64,000 nt of DNA from Bugula neritina (Eukaryota; Animalia; Bryozoa). The position numbers and the translations under genes are program-made. How positions within the stretch are numbered: the stretch's first letter is position 1; each line of letters starts with the position of its first letter. The stretch covers positions 5,646,233 through 5,710,232 of the forward strand of contig OZ037772.1 in assembly GCA_964035545.1 (NCBI GenBank), read 5' to 3'. Shown here piece after piece: positions 29,301-41,776 of the stretch. The notes beneath the pieces are model-generated. The model did no database searches. It saw nothing but the letters and a program-made list of their open reading frames with translations, and had not been told where the DNA came from.

Positions 29301-31010
29301 TATAGCTCTGTTATGCAACATCTTCTTTTGTTCCACCAGGTAGTTTACACAAGTTACTTAGGCTTTTGAAGTGGTTCACCTGATCCACTATTCAGTAGCT
29401 TGTTTCATTGTTAATTTTAAGCTTCTTGTTTGAAACGCATTTGCTGATAACTGAGTACATTGGAGTTTAATGGTGCATCTCCCTGATCTCTCTTTTACAC
29501 ACATTTTAAATTAGTTGGCTTTCCTTTCCATGGATGAAATTGACTAGTGAAGCTTAAACTACCCATGCAAGAGATATGTGCAGTTGAAGTTTTTTGTTGA
29601 TAAATTCAACTTAAGTCTTTGATAAACGGAGTGGGGCAATGTTTAGTAGTAGTCTGGTAACAAGCTATTTGAAAATGTCTTGGGTTCAAAAAAATTTCGA
29701 AATCATAAACAGCTAGTAGGTTGAAGGAGTTTCATTCCACTTATATGCTCCCCAGTTAGTTTGTAATTTTTGTTTTGGTACCAAGTATTGTATACCTATA
29801 TACCCTTATATAACTTTCATATTGATTGCTAAACATAAAATAACCATTAATATGATATATTTGCAATAATATTTAAATTTTCCCAAATTTGTGTTGAAAA
29901 AAAGCATTAAATGCATTAATAATAACATATTTTCAAAAAACAAAAAATATAGAAAATGCGAAATTAATAGGTTTATGCAGGGCAAAGAAATTTATTTGTG
30001 TGCCAATTATAAAAAGCAATTGACTCAAATTTATTTAAATACACATATATTTCAATAGTGTTCAAATAAATTGCACGTAAAATGTATAAATAGCATCTAA
30101 CTGGGAAGCACCAATTGAAATGACCCAAATGTAGGGTTCAACTTCATCCTAGCTTCCTATAAAGGTTTGTGATCATCATTAGGGCACATGTGAACGAATA
30201 ATGTTGTTAGGTGAACAACTGCCAATTGTTCCATAATTCTTATGTAAATAAAATTTTGCTTGAACATATGTAGTTGTAGCATTGATCTCACTTTCTGCTC
30301 CTATCAACTACTGTTTAGCTTCATTCAGACCTAGGGATGATGATTACGTAATACTTGTGAAAAGTAGTGTTGACTTAACAACTAAGTGGTTTCAGAGCTA
30401 CTACAAAATATTTTTCAGCTTACACTAATCGGATTAATTTTCAATTTCATCAAAATAAGTGCAGGTCTAACAACTATTAGAGGTGTGGTGCAGGCTATAC
30501 GGACAATAAAAGGCTCTTTGAACAACTTTAGTGCAAGCGCTGCACTAATATTTCTCTCTGTGTACCATTTAATGGACATTGGGAAGGTTGTTTGCAGTTA
30601 CATTGTGTGTCATTTAGTTTAGTAGCTGTAGTAGGGATGTGTGCGGTTTTAAGTTTGTGTTGGTTCGAGCCATCAATAATATTTTTCCTGTTGGGCATGC
30701 ATGAATAACTAATTTTTATAGTTTTCCTATTACAAATTTTACTTAGTTGGTTGGATGGTGGAAAGGATTTGTCAATGATTTGAAGAAATTTTTTCCCTAT
30801 TTTGGTTTTTACTGTTGAACTAAAAGGTGGGTTGTACCACAATATATTTCTATTTCTATTTTTATTATTGTTGTTGGATTTAGGTGTCGGGTTATATTTT
30901 AATTTATAGTCATATCCACTGTTTGATAGTGCTTCTTGGTATGGTTTTATGGTGCTGTTAAACTCCTCCTCATTGGAGGATAGTGAGCTAAGTCTTTTTT
31001 ATATTTTCTG
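26398..31010 (-). mobile_element. Second Penelope-like fragment (RT thumb/linker plus GIY-YIG), split by a 3.77-kb DNA transposon into ~30563-31010 and 26398-26796
   Basis: WYNPPFS...IGKKFL..IDKSFP...KISYSCMPN...CNC...CPLNG|KCLYKDIIYQATV...YIGL...FKTRFNNHKASF...RCNLCSYEKYII. The frame is restored exactly when the insert and one TA copy are removed. Confidence 0.88.
26797..30562. mobile_element. Non-autonomous DNA transposon, 20-bp perfect TIR CACAGAGAGAAATATTAGTG, 2-bp TSD (TA); probably CMC/EnSpm-like
   Basis: TIRs at 26797-26816 and 30543-30562; internal ~22-bp tandem array (~26990-27250); no intact transposase ORF. Confidence 0.85.
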
Positions 31011-34000
31011 GTAGGTATATATATGTGTGTGTGTGTGTATATATGGTGTATCAGCTGTATTTATTTTACATTATGGCGTTATATATATACATGTTAATAT
31101 TTACATGACAGGAAAAAGAAGAGATATAGATATTGGACTGACCAATAAAAAAATAACTAGTGTAACTCCTGAACAAAGACTAGTTGTCTCACCCCCACCA
31201 CCCAAGTCTATAGAACTGATAAACTTTGTTGATGTTTCCTCAAATTGCCTTACTGTTCACACCTATAAAGGTGTCACATATGCTGGGTGTGATGGAGGTG
31301 TAGACAAGATAGATGAGAACAACAAAGTAACTAAATCATTTATCTCTATTAAGGGTGGTGATGTGATGAGTATCTCAGTACATAATGATATAATATGCAG
31401 TTTGTCTGCTGATTCAACTGTAAGAGCTCATGACCTAGAAGGAAGGTCTATCACCAGCTGGACTCATACAAAGTACTCCCAGAGCCAAAATCAGCTTGCC
31501 CTCATAAACAATCAGATAGCTATTTCTGACAGGTTGAATAGGACTCTAGTCATTTACTCTTTGAATGGGGAGGTAGTAAACACTCTAGCCTGTCCTTTGC
31601 TCACTGATACTCCTGTACATCTGTCTGCTGCAGATAACAACTCAGTTATTATATCTCAACCTAACTCATCTCTAGTATACAAAGTAGACATCTCATCAGG
31701 TGACATCATATGGCAGTGTAAGGATGTGGCTAAACCCCATGGAGTGACCTGCTATAGAGATGAGTTTGTACTTGTGGCTGATGATACTAAACCTACCACA
31801 CTCTGTGTGATATCATTACATACAGGTTAGTTACATGTGTAGATAACTTGTGTAATCTATATAAGCAATACAAGTCAATGCAGTGTTTTATTTGTATTTA
31901 TTTATATTTATTTCTATTGAATTACACCATTTATAATTAAAATGCATATATGATTTACACGAAATTCAATACAATCAGTTATACTGCATGCATTTACCTG
32001 AACTTATTAAACTACACAACTTATATAATTTATTTTGTTGATTTATACACTCAACGTGTCATACATACAGGGAGGTTACTAACCGGGATACCTATTCAGT
32101 ACAGTTCTGATATACACTTCACTGGCTCTCATCTAGTAATGTTAAGAAGAGGCTTCTTTTGGTCATGTGTTGATTTCTATCAGCTGGAATAGAATTGGAC
32201 TGGTAGACTTAGATACTCCAACAACGGTTAGTAGTTTTTGTGGAAGGTACCGAGTCCTTTCCTACTTCATGTTTGTAGTATACTCCTTGACTGTAACAAG
32301 TTACCCTGCATTTTCCTTACTCCGCACACTTATTACCATTATGCCCATTGAACTATAACCTATATAGGAACCAATTGGATCCTGAATTAAACATCACATC
32401 CAACATCTATCAATATTTAGCCATTCAATGCTAAGCTTATTTAGAACTCACTCGTGCAGTTTTTTTAAAATTTTGCTTTTTTATTGTCAGTGTGCCTTGC
32501 AAATCTATTGTAACATATTATCTTTTCGAACAATAATTACTTCCAGCATTGTATCGTTTACCAGTCATCTCCACCTATTTGTAAGCACAATCTCTTCCTG
32601 TTTGTTTATCACCTTAAAGTGTATTTCTCAAACAGCTATATATAATTATTATGTTAGAGACTATATGTTGGGTAGCCTAAACTGCTTTCAGACAACATGT
32701 CAGCTAGAAAGTTAGGTTGGTCAAATATCTCCCCATATGTTAGTAGAGACTGTTACGGGAGCTTTTTGTTCTAGCTTTTAGTAAATATTGTTGATGAAAG
32801 CTTTTTTGTGAAAGCCTTTGCAATAGCTTTTTTACTGGTAGCTTTTTGCTGTTTTATGAGAGAGTACAGTTCAAGAACTGAAAGAGGAAAGATTGCTGTG
32901 ATCATTTGCTGTTATAGTTTTCCTTTTGTTAAATATACAAACAAGTTATAGACTGTGTTGCCCAAATATTTGTTAATGCATTGTATGAAATATAAACTGT
33001 TGGCATTAAGCAAACAGTTGATTCGTATCCTGCATCTGTGCATCCAGCATTCGGCATCCGTGCTATCACAACAAATAGGTATCGGTGCCATTCAGCATCT
33101 ATGATGTCACAGAGACCTTTTGGTAGTAGATTGACTTAAAGATTGCATACTCTGCTTTTAATTTTTCTGTATATCATATTAATTGTATATTTACACACAT
33201 TGTATTGTATCTTTTGTATATTATTATTGTCATTTCCTTTGTATTACATTTTGTAGAACGAAATTCATACATTAGTAGTTTCCCACCACCCAAAGTGCGC
33301 CACCACACCGTCAATCTTAAATAATTAGTCTGATCACTTTCCTTAATCACTATAGACGTCTAAATGTTTTAACTTCCTATTTTACAGTAGACTATAGAGA
33401 CAGTCTATAGAAATGCTCTTAACATGTAATATTGTCTATTCTATTCTTTTATATTCTATTTTGTAATTATTTATTTAATTATTTTAAACTATCTTGCATT
33501 GATATGTCTATTGCTTATTTTTGTAATTAAACGTAATATGTTATATCCATAAGTAAATCCGTGAACTTAAAATTTCAAGTTAGTAGTGGCTAAATACATA
33601 TAAGTTGTAGATTTTAAAAAATAGTTATCTAGTTTGTTCTTTTTCTTGGCTATATCTTTTCTAAGCTCTTTTCTTTTCTAACTATCATGAGCATTTTATT
33701 TTCTGATTTTGTTATCAAAACAAAAGATGTATCAGATTTCCTTGATCACATGAACAGGTTGCTGTGTTCTCATGTGACTTGTTTTTTATGAGGCTGTTTA
33801 AAGTCGTTTTCAGTAATACCAAATAATATATTTCCTTACAATAAGCATATTCCTCTGGTGACTGTTTACTAAATAAGTAGAAAAAACTTCATTTGGTCTT
33901 GTTTTTTTAATACTTTCAAATTTTAGGGGTTTTTTCAAATTAAAAGTTGCACTACTATCAGACATGTTACAGACAGTAACATATATATAATCAGTAGTTT

Positions 34001-34670
34001 AAAAGCATGCAATCTATTATGTTTTAGTTTCAAATGTTTTTATTAATCCGCAAAAAATTCCATATTACCAGGTGATTTGGATATTATCTTGCCGTTCAAG
34101 TATCTTCCTTGTGGTGATAGATTGATCTCAGGATGAGCAATAAAATTTTCCTGCCATAGGAGTTCTATTAAAATTACAGATTTGCTTAGAGTTATCTTTC
34201 CCAATAGATTGGCTGCACAATAGTATATACTGCAACTAGAAGGTCTACTGTTGCTAACGGGTATATTTTTAATATGCAAATTGTACCAATAAGTTGAAAA
34301 TGATGTACCTAATCTCCTCAGAGAATAAAACCATTAATTATTTGAGTGCAGCTATGAGCTTGCCCTCTCTCCTTCAGCTTACACGAGCTGCACTATAAAT
34401 GATATAAGCTATATAATTGTAGTTAGTTTACCACAAAGCTCTATTTTTACAAAAATTGCCAGCAGTCAGGTCTTTCGCTAAATATTGCTAATATTTTTAC
34501 AAAACTGAACTACGTTACAGTATCTATTTGGTGAAAGATCGTAAAACTTTCTACAAAGCACCTGCACTCATAAATAGTATATCCATTTTCAGGTAAGTCA
34601 TTATTTGAAGTTTAAAAGTAATATATATATATAATTAAAAGTAATATATATATATATAATTAGCGACGTA

Positions 34671-35420
34671 ATGGACGTCGCTCAGTGGCCCCCTAGGGTG
34701 GCCTTGCTGAAGCTTAGAATGGCATTGATGGACAAAGCCAAGCCCTATGGGCTGGGCGTAGACATTGATAATATCTTTGCTTCTCTGCGGGCCCGCTTTG
34801 GCCTCTCTGCTACAGATGCCAGGGCCCGATTGCAGAGGTTGCGGCGTGATCCCCGCACCCCGCTGCGGGAGCATGCCGCCGCAGTCATGAAGCTGGCACA
34901 GATCGCGTACAGCGACTTGCCCCCAGTCAACCGCGAGAGGTACACCCTCGACGCTTTCATAGCATCTGTCGACGATCTGGGTCTCCACCACCAGTTTCTA
35001 GCTAGGGGAGTCACCACCGTTGAAGATGCTCTGACTGAGGGGGAAGCTTACCTCCTAGCTAATCAAATGCATAAAAGTCGCGGAAGCTCCCGCCAAGTGG
35101 AGATAGACCGCGCAGACACGGCCGCGGGACAAGGGGAGGAAACCCCCGCCGCGGCTGCCGTGTCCCAGTTGGCGACGGCATCAAAAGTCACTCAACTGAC
35201 GGACATGCTAGCCAAGCTGATAGCAACACTGACACCACAAAACCCAGTGAGTACCGCCCCTGAGCCCATGCGGCCATCGGCGCCGCCACAGGGAGAAACA
35301 GTCAGTTTTTGCTGGGAGTGCGGAAATCAAGGACATTTCCGCCGATATTGTCCCTTCCTAAATCAGGGGTTAAACTACCGCGGCCCGCAGATGTTCCCAC
35401 CTTCCGCGGGCCGACGATGA
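34671..35420 (+). CDS. gag: Gypsy Gag (N-terminally truncated) with CCHC zinc knuckle
   Basis: CWECGNQGHFRRYC knuckle and a capsid-like helical region; begins right after a (TA)n breakpoint. Confidence 0.85.
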   Translation: MDVAQWPPRVALLKLRMALMDKAKPYGLGVDIDNIFASLRARFGLSATDARARLQRLRRDPRTPLREHAAAVMKLAQIAYSDLPPVNRERYTLDAFIASVDDLGLHHQFLARGVTTVEDALTEGEAYLLANQMHKSRGSSRQVEIDRADTAAGQGEETPAAAAVSQLATASKVTQLTDMLAKLIATLTPQNPVSTAPEPMRPSAPPQGETVSFCWECGNQGHFRRYCPFLNQGLNYRGPQMFPPSAGRR

Positions 35421-38400
35421 AACCTCCAGGGAAGAAGAAACGCAGGTCACCCAGACGGGTACCGCGTACTGGCAACCAACAGTGGCAACAGCCACGACGG
35501 ACCAGCAAGGGGCTTCGCCCCGCGGCTGCCTTTTCTATGCCTCTTCACAACAGATTCACAGGGCTACAAGTCCAAGAATCTGGATGGGAGCACACAAAGG
35601 TAGCTGAGAATCTAGCCTCGGCACCCCCGAGGCCTACCTACCACCGCTCCAAGAGACCTCCTTCGCGACCCAAAGCGAGGGAGGTACTCCCTGCGAGAGT
35701 AAGGCCTGAAGGGAGAGTTCAGGTGCAGCCCCATGGGAACAGCTATTTCTTGCCCGGTAAACTGGAAGGCAAAGCTGTTACTTTTCTCATTGATTCGGGC
35801 TGTACCACAAACCTCTTAAGCCGCCAACTCTTCGACACCCTCAGCGCTAGGGTCAGGGGCGAGATGGAAGCATACGAAGGGGAATACGGCACCCTAGCTG
35901 ACGGGTCGTGCCTTCCCTTCTATGGTATAATTGAGCTGACGGGACGAGTCCGCGATCAAACGATCCAAGAGACGTTCATCGTCAGTCAGCTCAAGGAGGA
36001 TGCTATCCTCGGGATGCCGTTCCTTAAACGGCACGGATGTCACATAGATTTTAGCAGATCTGCAATGATGATGTCCGGGCGGGAACTCGCCTGCGTCGAC
36101 AAGTTCGGCCGCCCTTTAGTGGGAGGTGTGCAAGTGGTACGCAACCGTACCATACCAGGCCGCTCCCGGGCTACCATTCACTGCAGGGTGAATAGTAGCC
36201 GGATCTCTGGACTCGGGGTGGTTGAAGGCGCGCACGAAAAGATCCAACTTGCCAGCAGTCTGAATCAGCTGACTGAGCAAGGGGAGATCTTAGTGCAGTG
36301 CGTCAACCCCTTTACCGAGCCTATCAAGCTCCCGGCTGGGTCGATGCTGGGCCGTTTTCACTCTGTTCAAGAGGGAGACGTAGGCCCGTCGCTGGGTGAT
36401 GCGACAGAGGCACTCCCTCGACACCCTATTCAGGGACGAGGGGCAGTCCCAACACATCTCCGGGAGTTATATGAAACAGCCAGTGGCGGCTGCGCGAGTA
36501 ACAGGGAACGCCAAGCTATGGCTAAGTTACTACGCGACTACGGTGATGTGTTCAGCAGCGAAGAGCATGACGTGGGACTGACTGGAATTGTCAGACACGA
36601 AATACCGCTGACTGCAGGGACAGTCCCTGTCCGGCAGCCCACCCGCAGGTTGGGGCCGGAGAAAGAGAAGGAGGTTAGCCGACAAGTACGGGATCTTCTG
36701 GACCGGGGACTGATAGAGCCCGCCCATAGTGCGTGGAGCTCGCCAGTCGTACTGGTCCGGAAGAAAGACGACAGTTGGCGGTTCTGTGTGGACTACCGCA
36801 AACTCAATAGCGTAACCATACAGGACGCCTACCCTCTACCTCGTATTGACGAGTCATTGGACGCCCTAGCCGGCAGCAAGTACTTCAGTACGTTAGACTT
36901 GCTAAGCGGCTATTGGCAAGTTCCTCTGAGTCCTGACGCCCAGGAGAAAGCGGCGTTTATCACACGGGACGGTTTGTGGAAGTGGAAGGTGCTGCCCTTC
37001 GGGTTAACCTCCGCCCCAGCCACCTTCCAGAGGCTGATGGAACAAGTCCTTAGCGGACTCCATTGGAAGACACTGCTGGTCTACCTCGATGATGTCATCG
37101 TAATCTCTCCAGACTTCGAGACACATGTCAGTCGTCTGCAGGAGGTTTTCGAGAGACTCCGAGGTGCCGGTCTTAAGCTCAAACCTTCCAAGTGCGCTCT
37201 ATTGCAGCCGGAGGTCAAGTACCTGGGGCACGTTGTCGGTCGAAACGGCGTGGCAACGGATCCCGAAAAGGTACGGGCAGTAGAAGACTGGGTCACCCTC
37301 CAAGACTTGACCGGACTCCGGGCTTTCTTGGGGCTGGTAGGGTATTACAGGCAATACATACCAGACTTTGCGGGCATAGCCCAGCCGTTAAACTGGCTCA
37401 CCGCAAAGGGAGTGACGTGGCAGTGGACTCCAGTCGAACAAGAAGCGTTCAACCGCCTCAAAGGCTGCCTACTAACGGCGCCCATCTTGGCCTACCCAGA
37501 CCCCACTCTGGAGTACATCCTAGACACGGACGCCAGTGACCAGAATGTTGGCGCTGTGCTGTCACAAGTGCAGGAAGGCCGAGAGGTAGTAGTAGCCTAC
37601 TACAGCAAGTCTCTCTCACCCGCTGAACGAAATTACTGCACTACCCGCAAGGAGCTGCTGGCAGTAATCAAGTCAGTGAAGCACTTCAGACCATACCTAT
37701 ATGGCAGGAAGTTCCGGCTGCGTACGGATCATGCCTCGCTGATCTAGTTGTGCAGGAGAGCAGAGCCCTCTAGTCAGGTCGCCCGGTGGCTCGAAATCCT
37801 AGCTGAATTCTCATACCGGATCGAACATCGACCGGGCAAGAGACACAGCAATGCGGACGGGTTGAGTCGCCGACCTGACGGAGGTTGCAAACAGTGTCTC
37901 AACATCGAGAGGAGGGATGGAGGTCCCCCACGATGCGAGTTGGAGACGCTGGCTCATCACGGAGCACCGTTTGACTGGGATCAAGGTCAACTCAGGCAAA
38001 GAGTTGATGAGTCCCCGGAGGATGTACAAAACCTCCGCGCCAACCCTGTACTGGCCGGTAATGTTCGAGAGCTGAAGAAGCTCCAAGAAGAGCTGCCTGG
38101 AGTCGTGGCAGACATATACCGGGCCAAAAGGGAAGGGCGACGACCCAGCGAGGAACACAGACGACAGGGATGCGCCGAGTTCCGGCTATACTGTCAGCGT
38201 TGGGACTCGCTGCGGATCGGGCAGGATGGGTTGTTAACCATCTCTCTAGCTGCCAGCGGCAGACACCCGGAAAGGAAGAGGGTAGTCTGCCCCACAGCCA
38301 TCCGCCGTGAGTTGATTTGGGATACTCACAAGCAGGCTCACGCAGGGGTCAAGCGAGTGATATCCAAATTACGACTCCGGTGGTATTGGCCGCAGATGGA

Positions 38401-39940
38401 GCGTGACGTCCGGCTCAGAGTCAAACAGTGTGAGATCTGCCAGGCCAGTAAGCATAGCCGCCCCCCTGGTGAAGCAGGACGGCGGAGGCTATATGCTGGT
38501 AGGCCCTGGCAAGTAGTCGCTGTAGACCTGGTCGGACCCATGCCCCTGACCCCCAGAGGCAATAATTGGATCCTAGTACTAACCGACCACTTTACTAGGT
38601 GGGCGGATGCTCTGGCTATTCCAGATGCATCAGCCCCAACAGTGGCCAGGGCACTAGACCAACATGTATTCTGTTATTTTGGGCTTCCCGAACAGATACA
38701 CTCTGATCAAGGCGCTCAATTCCAGTCTCAACTGATGAGCGACCTTTGCCGCCTCTGGGGAGTAAATCAGAGCAGGACCACCCCCTACCACCCTCAAGGT
38801 AACGGGGTGGTGGAGCGCAACAACTGGATGCTAGGTGATGCACTCCGGAGTCTCCTCCTTGGACGAGGTCAAGAGGAATGGGATACGGTGTTGCCGCAAG
38901 TCATGCGTGCATACCGTAGCACCCCACACACCAGTACTGGTGAGACCCCAAACCTCTTGATGCTCGGGAGAGAGACTCGTGTCCCCGACCATCTCACCTA
39001 TCACGTTCCAGAGCAAGATAACTCAGTCCACGAGTATGCCAGTGAACTAGTGGAACGGATGAAGGCCGCACACGATATACTGCGCCAACAGCAGTGGAAG
39101 GTGCGGCACGAAGATTCCGATGAACCACCCCTCTATCAAAGGGGAGATAAGGTGTGGATGGTCAATTACCGTAGGCGCCGCGGACAGGCTGATAAGCTGA
39201 AGCCTAAGTTCGTAGGCCCCTACGTGGTCGTCGAGGCTATGCCCAATCATACGTACAAGATTGAGCGCTCAGGACAGGTGTCTATCCAGAATGAGTCTCG
39301 CTTGAAACCGTATTGGGCTAGCCCCGACGGAGTGGGAGAAGCCCCCCCGTTGTTAGAGCCCAGGAGGCAGACAACAACGCGCGGGCGACGGCGGCATGGA
39401 CCTGAATACAAAGTGGTCATACCGCGGGAAGAAAACTTGGTGAGAGAGGAGCGGCAGCTTTTGTCAACAGAAGCGTGTCCGCCACCGCCAAGTCTAATTC
39501 CATCACTTCCAGAAACCGAGCCGGTTCCGGAAGTGCAAACCCCCACGGAGGGAGGGGCTCCATCCGGAGAACAAGAAGAGGTGACCGCTGACGGTGAAGT
39601 AGAGACGCCATTAGAGGCCCCTACTAACAAACCGGCAAGCGTGTCACCCACCCTAGAAAGGGGACAGCGTACGAGACAACCCCCCGCATACTTGAAGGAC
39701 TTCGTATGTGACTGCGTTAAAAGCGGCACACATGAAAGTCTAGGGGAAAACCGTACGAGAAAAGAATCGAGCAAATGTGGGAGTTGTCAACACCACGGAA
39801 ATATCAACTTTTGTATCGGCGGAAATAGAAACAAAATTCATCCGCCGGGTGCACAAAGTCTTAATCACGCACCCCAACCACGTTGCTCGATCTTTTCATA
39901 CGCTGATGCAGTCAGGAGTAGACGTGTTTCTAAGCAGTAG
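35309..39940 (+). pseudogene. pol: Gypsy Pol (protease, RT, RNase H, integrase) with one in-frame TAG at 37745-37747
   Basis: LIDSG protease, YLDD RT, DASD/TDH RNase H, HHCC plus D-D-E integrase and GPY motif. The two ORFs (35309-37747, 37748-39940) share a frame, and the stop falls where Trp (TGG) is expected in TDHASLxWL. Confidence 0.92.
35369..35413 (+). promoter_or_regulatory. Predicted -1 ribosomal frameshift signal (G_UUA_AAC plus GC-rich stem-loop)
   Basis: Pol is in the -1 frame relative to gag. The heptamer at 35369-35375 is in gag codon phase, followed by a 5-nt spacer and the stem CGGCCCGC (35381-35388) / GCGGGCCG (35406-35413). Confidence 0.65.
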
Positions 39941-39964
39941 TTCAAACCATTTCACACATTCAGT

Positions 39965-41042
39965 ATGTCTTACGACAACAGATCGTGGGGTGAGTTAACT
40001 ATATCTTAATACGAAACTAGATTGCATCGCTCAGCTCTGACTCACTGAGTCAATCGAGCTGGAGATAGGTTAGTGAAATACCGTAGTAAGAACTCAGTTT
40101 GACTTAGAGATTTTTATAATCTCATTGCAATACGTGTTCTATCTGACTATTCACTACCATTAATCTCTACGAGGTAACTGAATTAGGAGTTGCCAAGCTG
40201 TTCAAGCTGACAACACAGCAGTGTACTGTATTAACACTGTTGAAACTTTTTCAGATTACACTCGACCCGCTACAACCAGGGTACGGGATAGAACACTTCC
40301 CGCTCCGTATCCGGAGGAGTATGCTAGTGGTGACCGGCCTGAGCCACTACGCCGCCGTTGGCGGTGGGTGTCTCCACAAACAGAGGAAGAAATAGAAACG
40401 GCCTGGGGGTCCAGAGGACGGACGAGATGCCAGATCTGTGGTGAAGATTGCGCCTCTCACCGCTCCCTTAAACTACACGTCAATGCTCATCTCCTACTAA
40501 CATTCTGCCCCTGCGGGTACAATGATGTGTATCCCTACCCCGTCACCAGACACCGAGCGGCGGGCTGTTTCCCTGGAGAAAGCTACGTGGTCGACGCTAA
40601 GCTATACCCGGAGTTCCTCACACTTATACGACCTCTGGTGAAGAAGGCCATGTTGTTAGCCGTTTTGTCCTCGGGGTTCCAACGTGTGTTAGACAACGCC
40701 CGCCAACAATCCCCGTTGGTGTCTGACCGTCCTCAAATTACATACACCCCCGAGGAAATTACATATCCAGAAGAAGGAGAGATCTCCCCCGCACCGGCGA
40801 AGAGACGAACCAGGTCCCCCAGTCCACCCTTGCGCCGCAGACGGACACCGTCCCCAGACCCAGTACGCCTGGCTACAGTAGAAGAACGCCTCCTACGATT
40901 ACAAGAAGAGTTCACCCAGCTGGCACCAGATCTACTTAACACTACAACAGGACTCTTCCAGCTAAAGGGATCCGTATGCCGTATGAAACGGAAACTGCGT
41001 ACATGCCAAGCCAAGCACAGGCGTGCCCAACAAGGACTCTAG
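39965..41042 (+). CDS. Gypsy ORF3: predicted two-exon (39965-39989, 40255-41042) 270-aa protein with C2H2 and C2HC zinc fingers, an Arg/Ser-Pro-rich basic region and a leucine zipper
   Basis: ATG TCT TAC GAC AAC AGA TCG TGG G|GTGAGT donor and tttttcag|AT acceptor, both phase 1. Motifs are Cx2Cx12Hx3H, CxCx12Hx4C, PAKRRTRSPSPPLRRRRTPSP and six a/d heptads. Confidence 0.75.
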
Positions 41043-41320
41043 TTAGGCTACCCAGAATACTCCGCGACTTCACATCTTGTGAGGAACCAAGATCGTGCAA
41101 ATGCTTAACTGCTAGACAGGTTATTCCTTGTCTAATACCACAGCTAGCTAGTATTCCTCGTCTATCTACAGCTGGCCAATTGTATGCAACGGATCGTTAT
41201 AATGACTCTGTCTATTATTATGTCTCTTCCTGTATATTATGTATTATTTTTGTCCACTGATGTATGCAATTACTATTGAATGTTTTTTTTATATATATAT
41301 CAGAAAGATGGCTTTCTGCT

Positions 41321-41331
41321 GGTGGGGGCGG
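41321..41331 (+). promoter_or_regulatory. Polypurine tract of the Gypsy element
   Basis: GGTGGGGGCGG immediately 5' of the LTR TG. Confidence 0.7.
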
Positions 41332-41636
41332 TGTGGTGGTTCGTGGAACTACCAGCAGCACAACATGTAGGGTCGCGTAATTGACCCGGAACAATGGATA
41401 GCCAATTAGCGTAGTTGATAGTTAGCAGCAATTGTAGTTTCCCGCTGCTAACTCAGTCGAAGCTAGAGTGTGAAATAGATTAGATGTGTAACTTGTTTGG
41501 AAATAATGTATCGTTTTTATAATGTATAGTTGTGTGTAAAATATACTCGTTCACTCAACTTAGCCTGGTGCAGTTCTATAGTAGATAAATAGACTCTCTG
41601 GATAGCACATCAACCCTAAATCTGAAAATCTTAACA
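41332..41636 (+). repeat. 3' LTR of the Gypsy element
   Basis: TGTGG...TAACA, colinear with 5762-6067; the right flank resumes TRIM 5' intron sequence homologous to ~7062 onward. Confidence 0.92.
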
Positions 41637-41776
41637 CTATATACTTGTCATGGAATCTTATGTTCTATAAGTTAAACCATAGCAGAAACTTGTTTATTTT
41701 CAACTTCATCACTGTGATAACTTTTATGATGAGTATGCCAATATCAATATATGATTGTGTCAACTTTTCATAGTAT

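Larger units (their letters stand above)
34660..41636 (+). mobile_element. Ty3/Gypsy LTR retrotransposon, 5'-truncated (no 5' LTR or PBS): gag, pol, ORF3, PPT, 3' LTR
   Basis: Abrupt GC-rich segment; domain order PR-RT-RH-IN; purine-rich tract then a TG...CA LTR matching the solo LTR at 5762-6067. Confidence 0.95.

Noticed and set aside
37745-37747. Programmed stop-codon readthrough in pol
   Set aside because: The TAG lies inside RNase H at a position normally Trp; a TGG>TAG mutation is simpler.
34635-41014. Antisense and alternate-frame ORFs within the Gypsy element (e.g. 39247-39774, 37811-38158)
   Set aside because: Expected shadows of GC-rich coding sequence, with no recognisable motifs.
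40221-41042. ORF3 as an env gene, or starting at the GTG at 40221
   Set aside because: No signal peptide or transmembrane segment. The first 11 codons are intron-like sequence ending in a pyrimidine tract plus AG, and an in-phase ATG mini-exon lies upstream.
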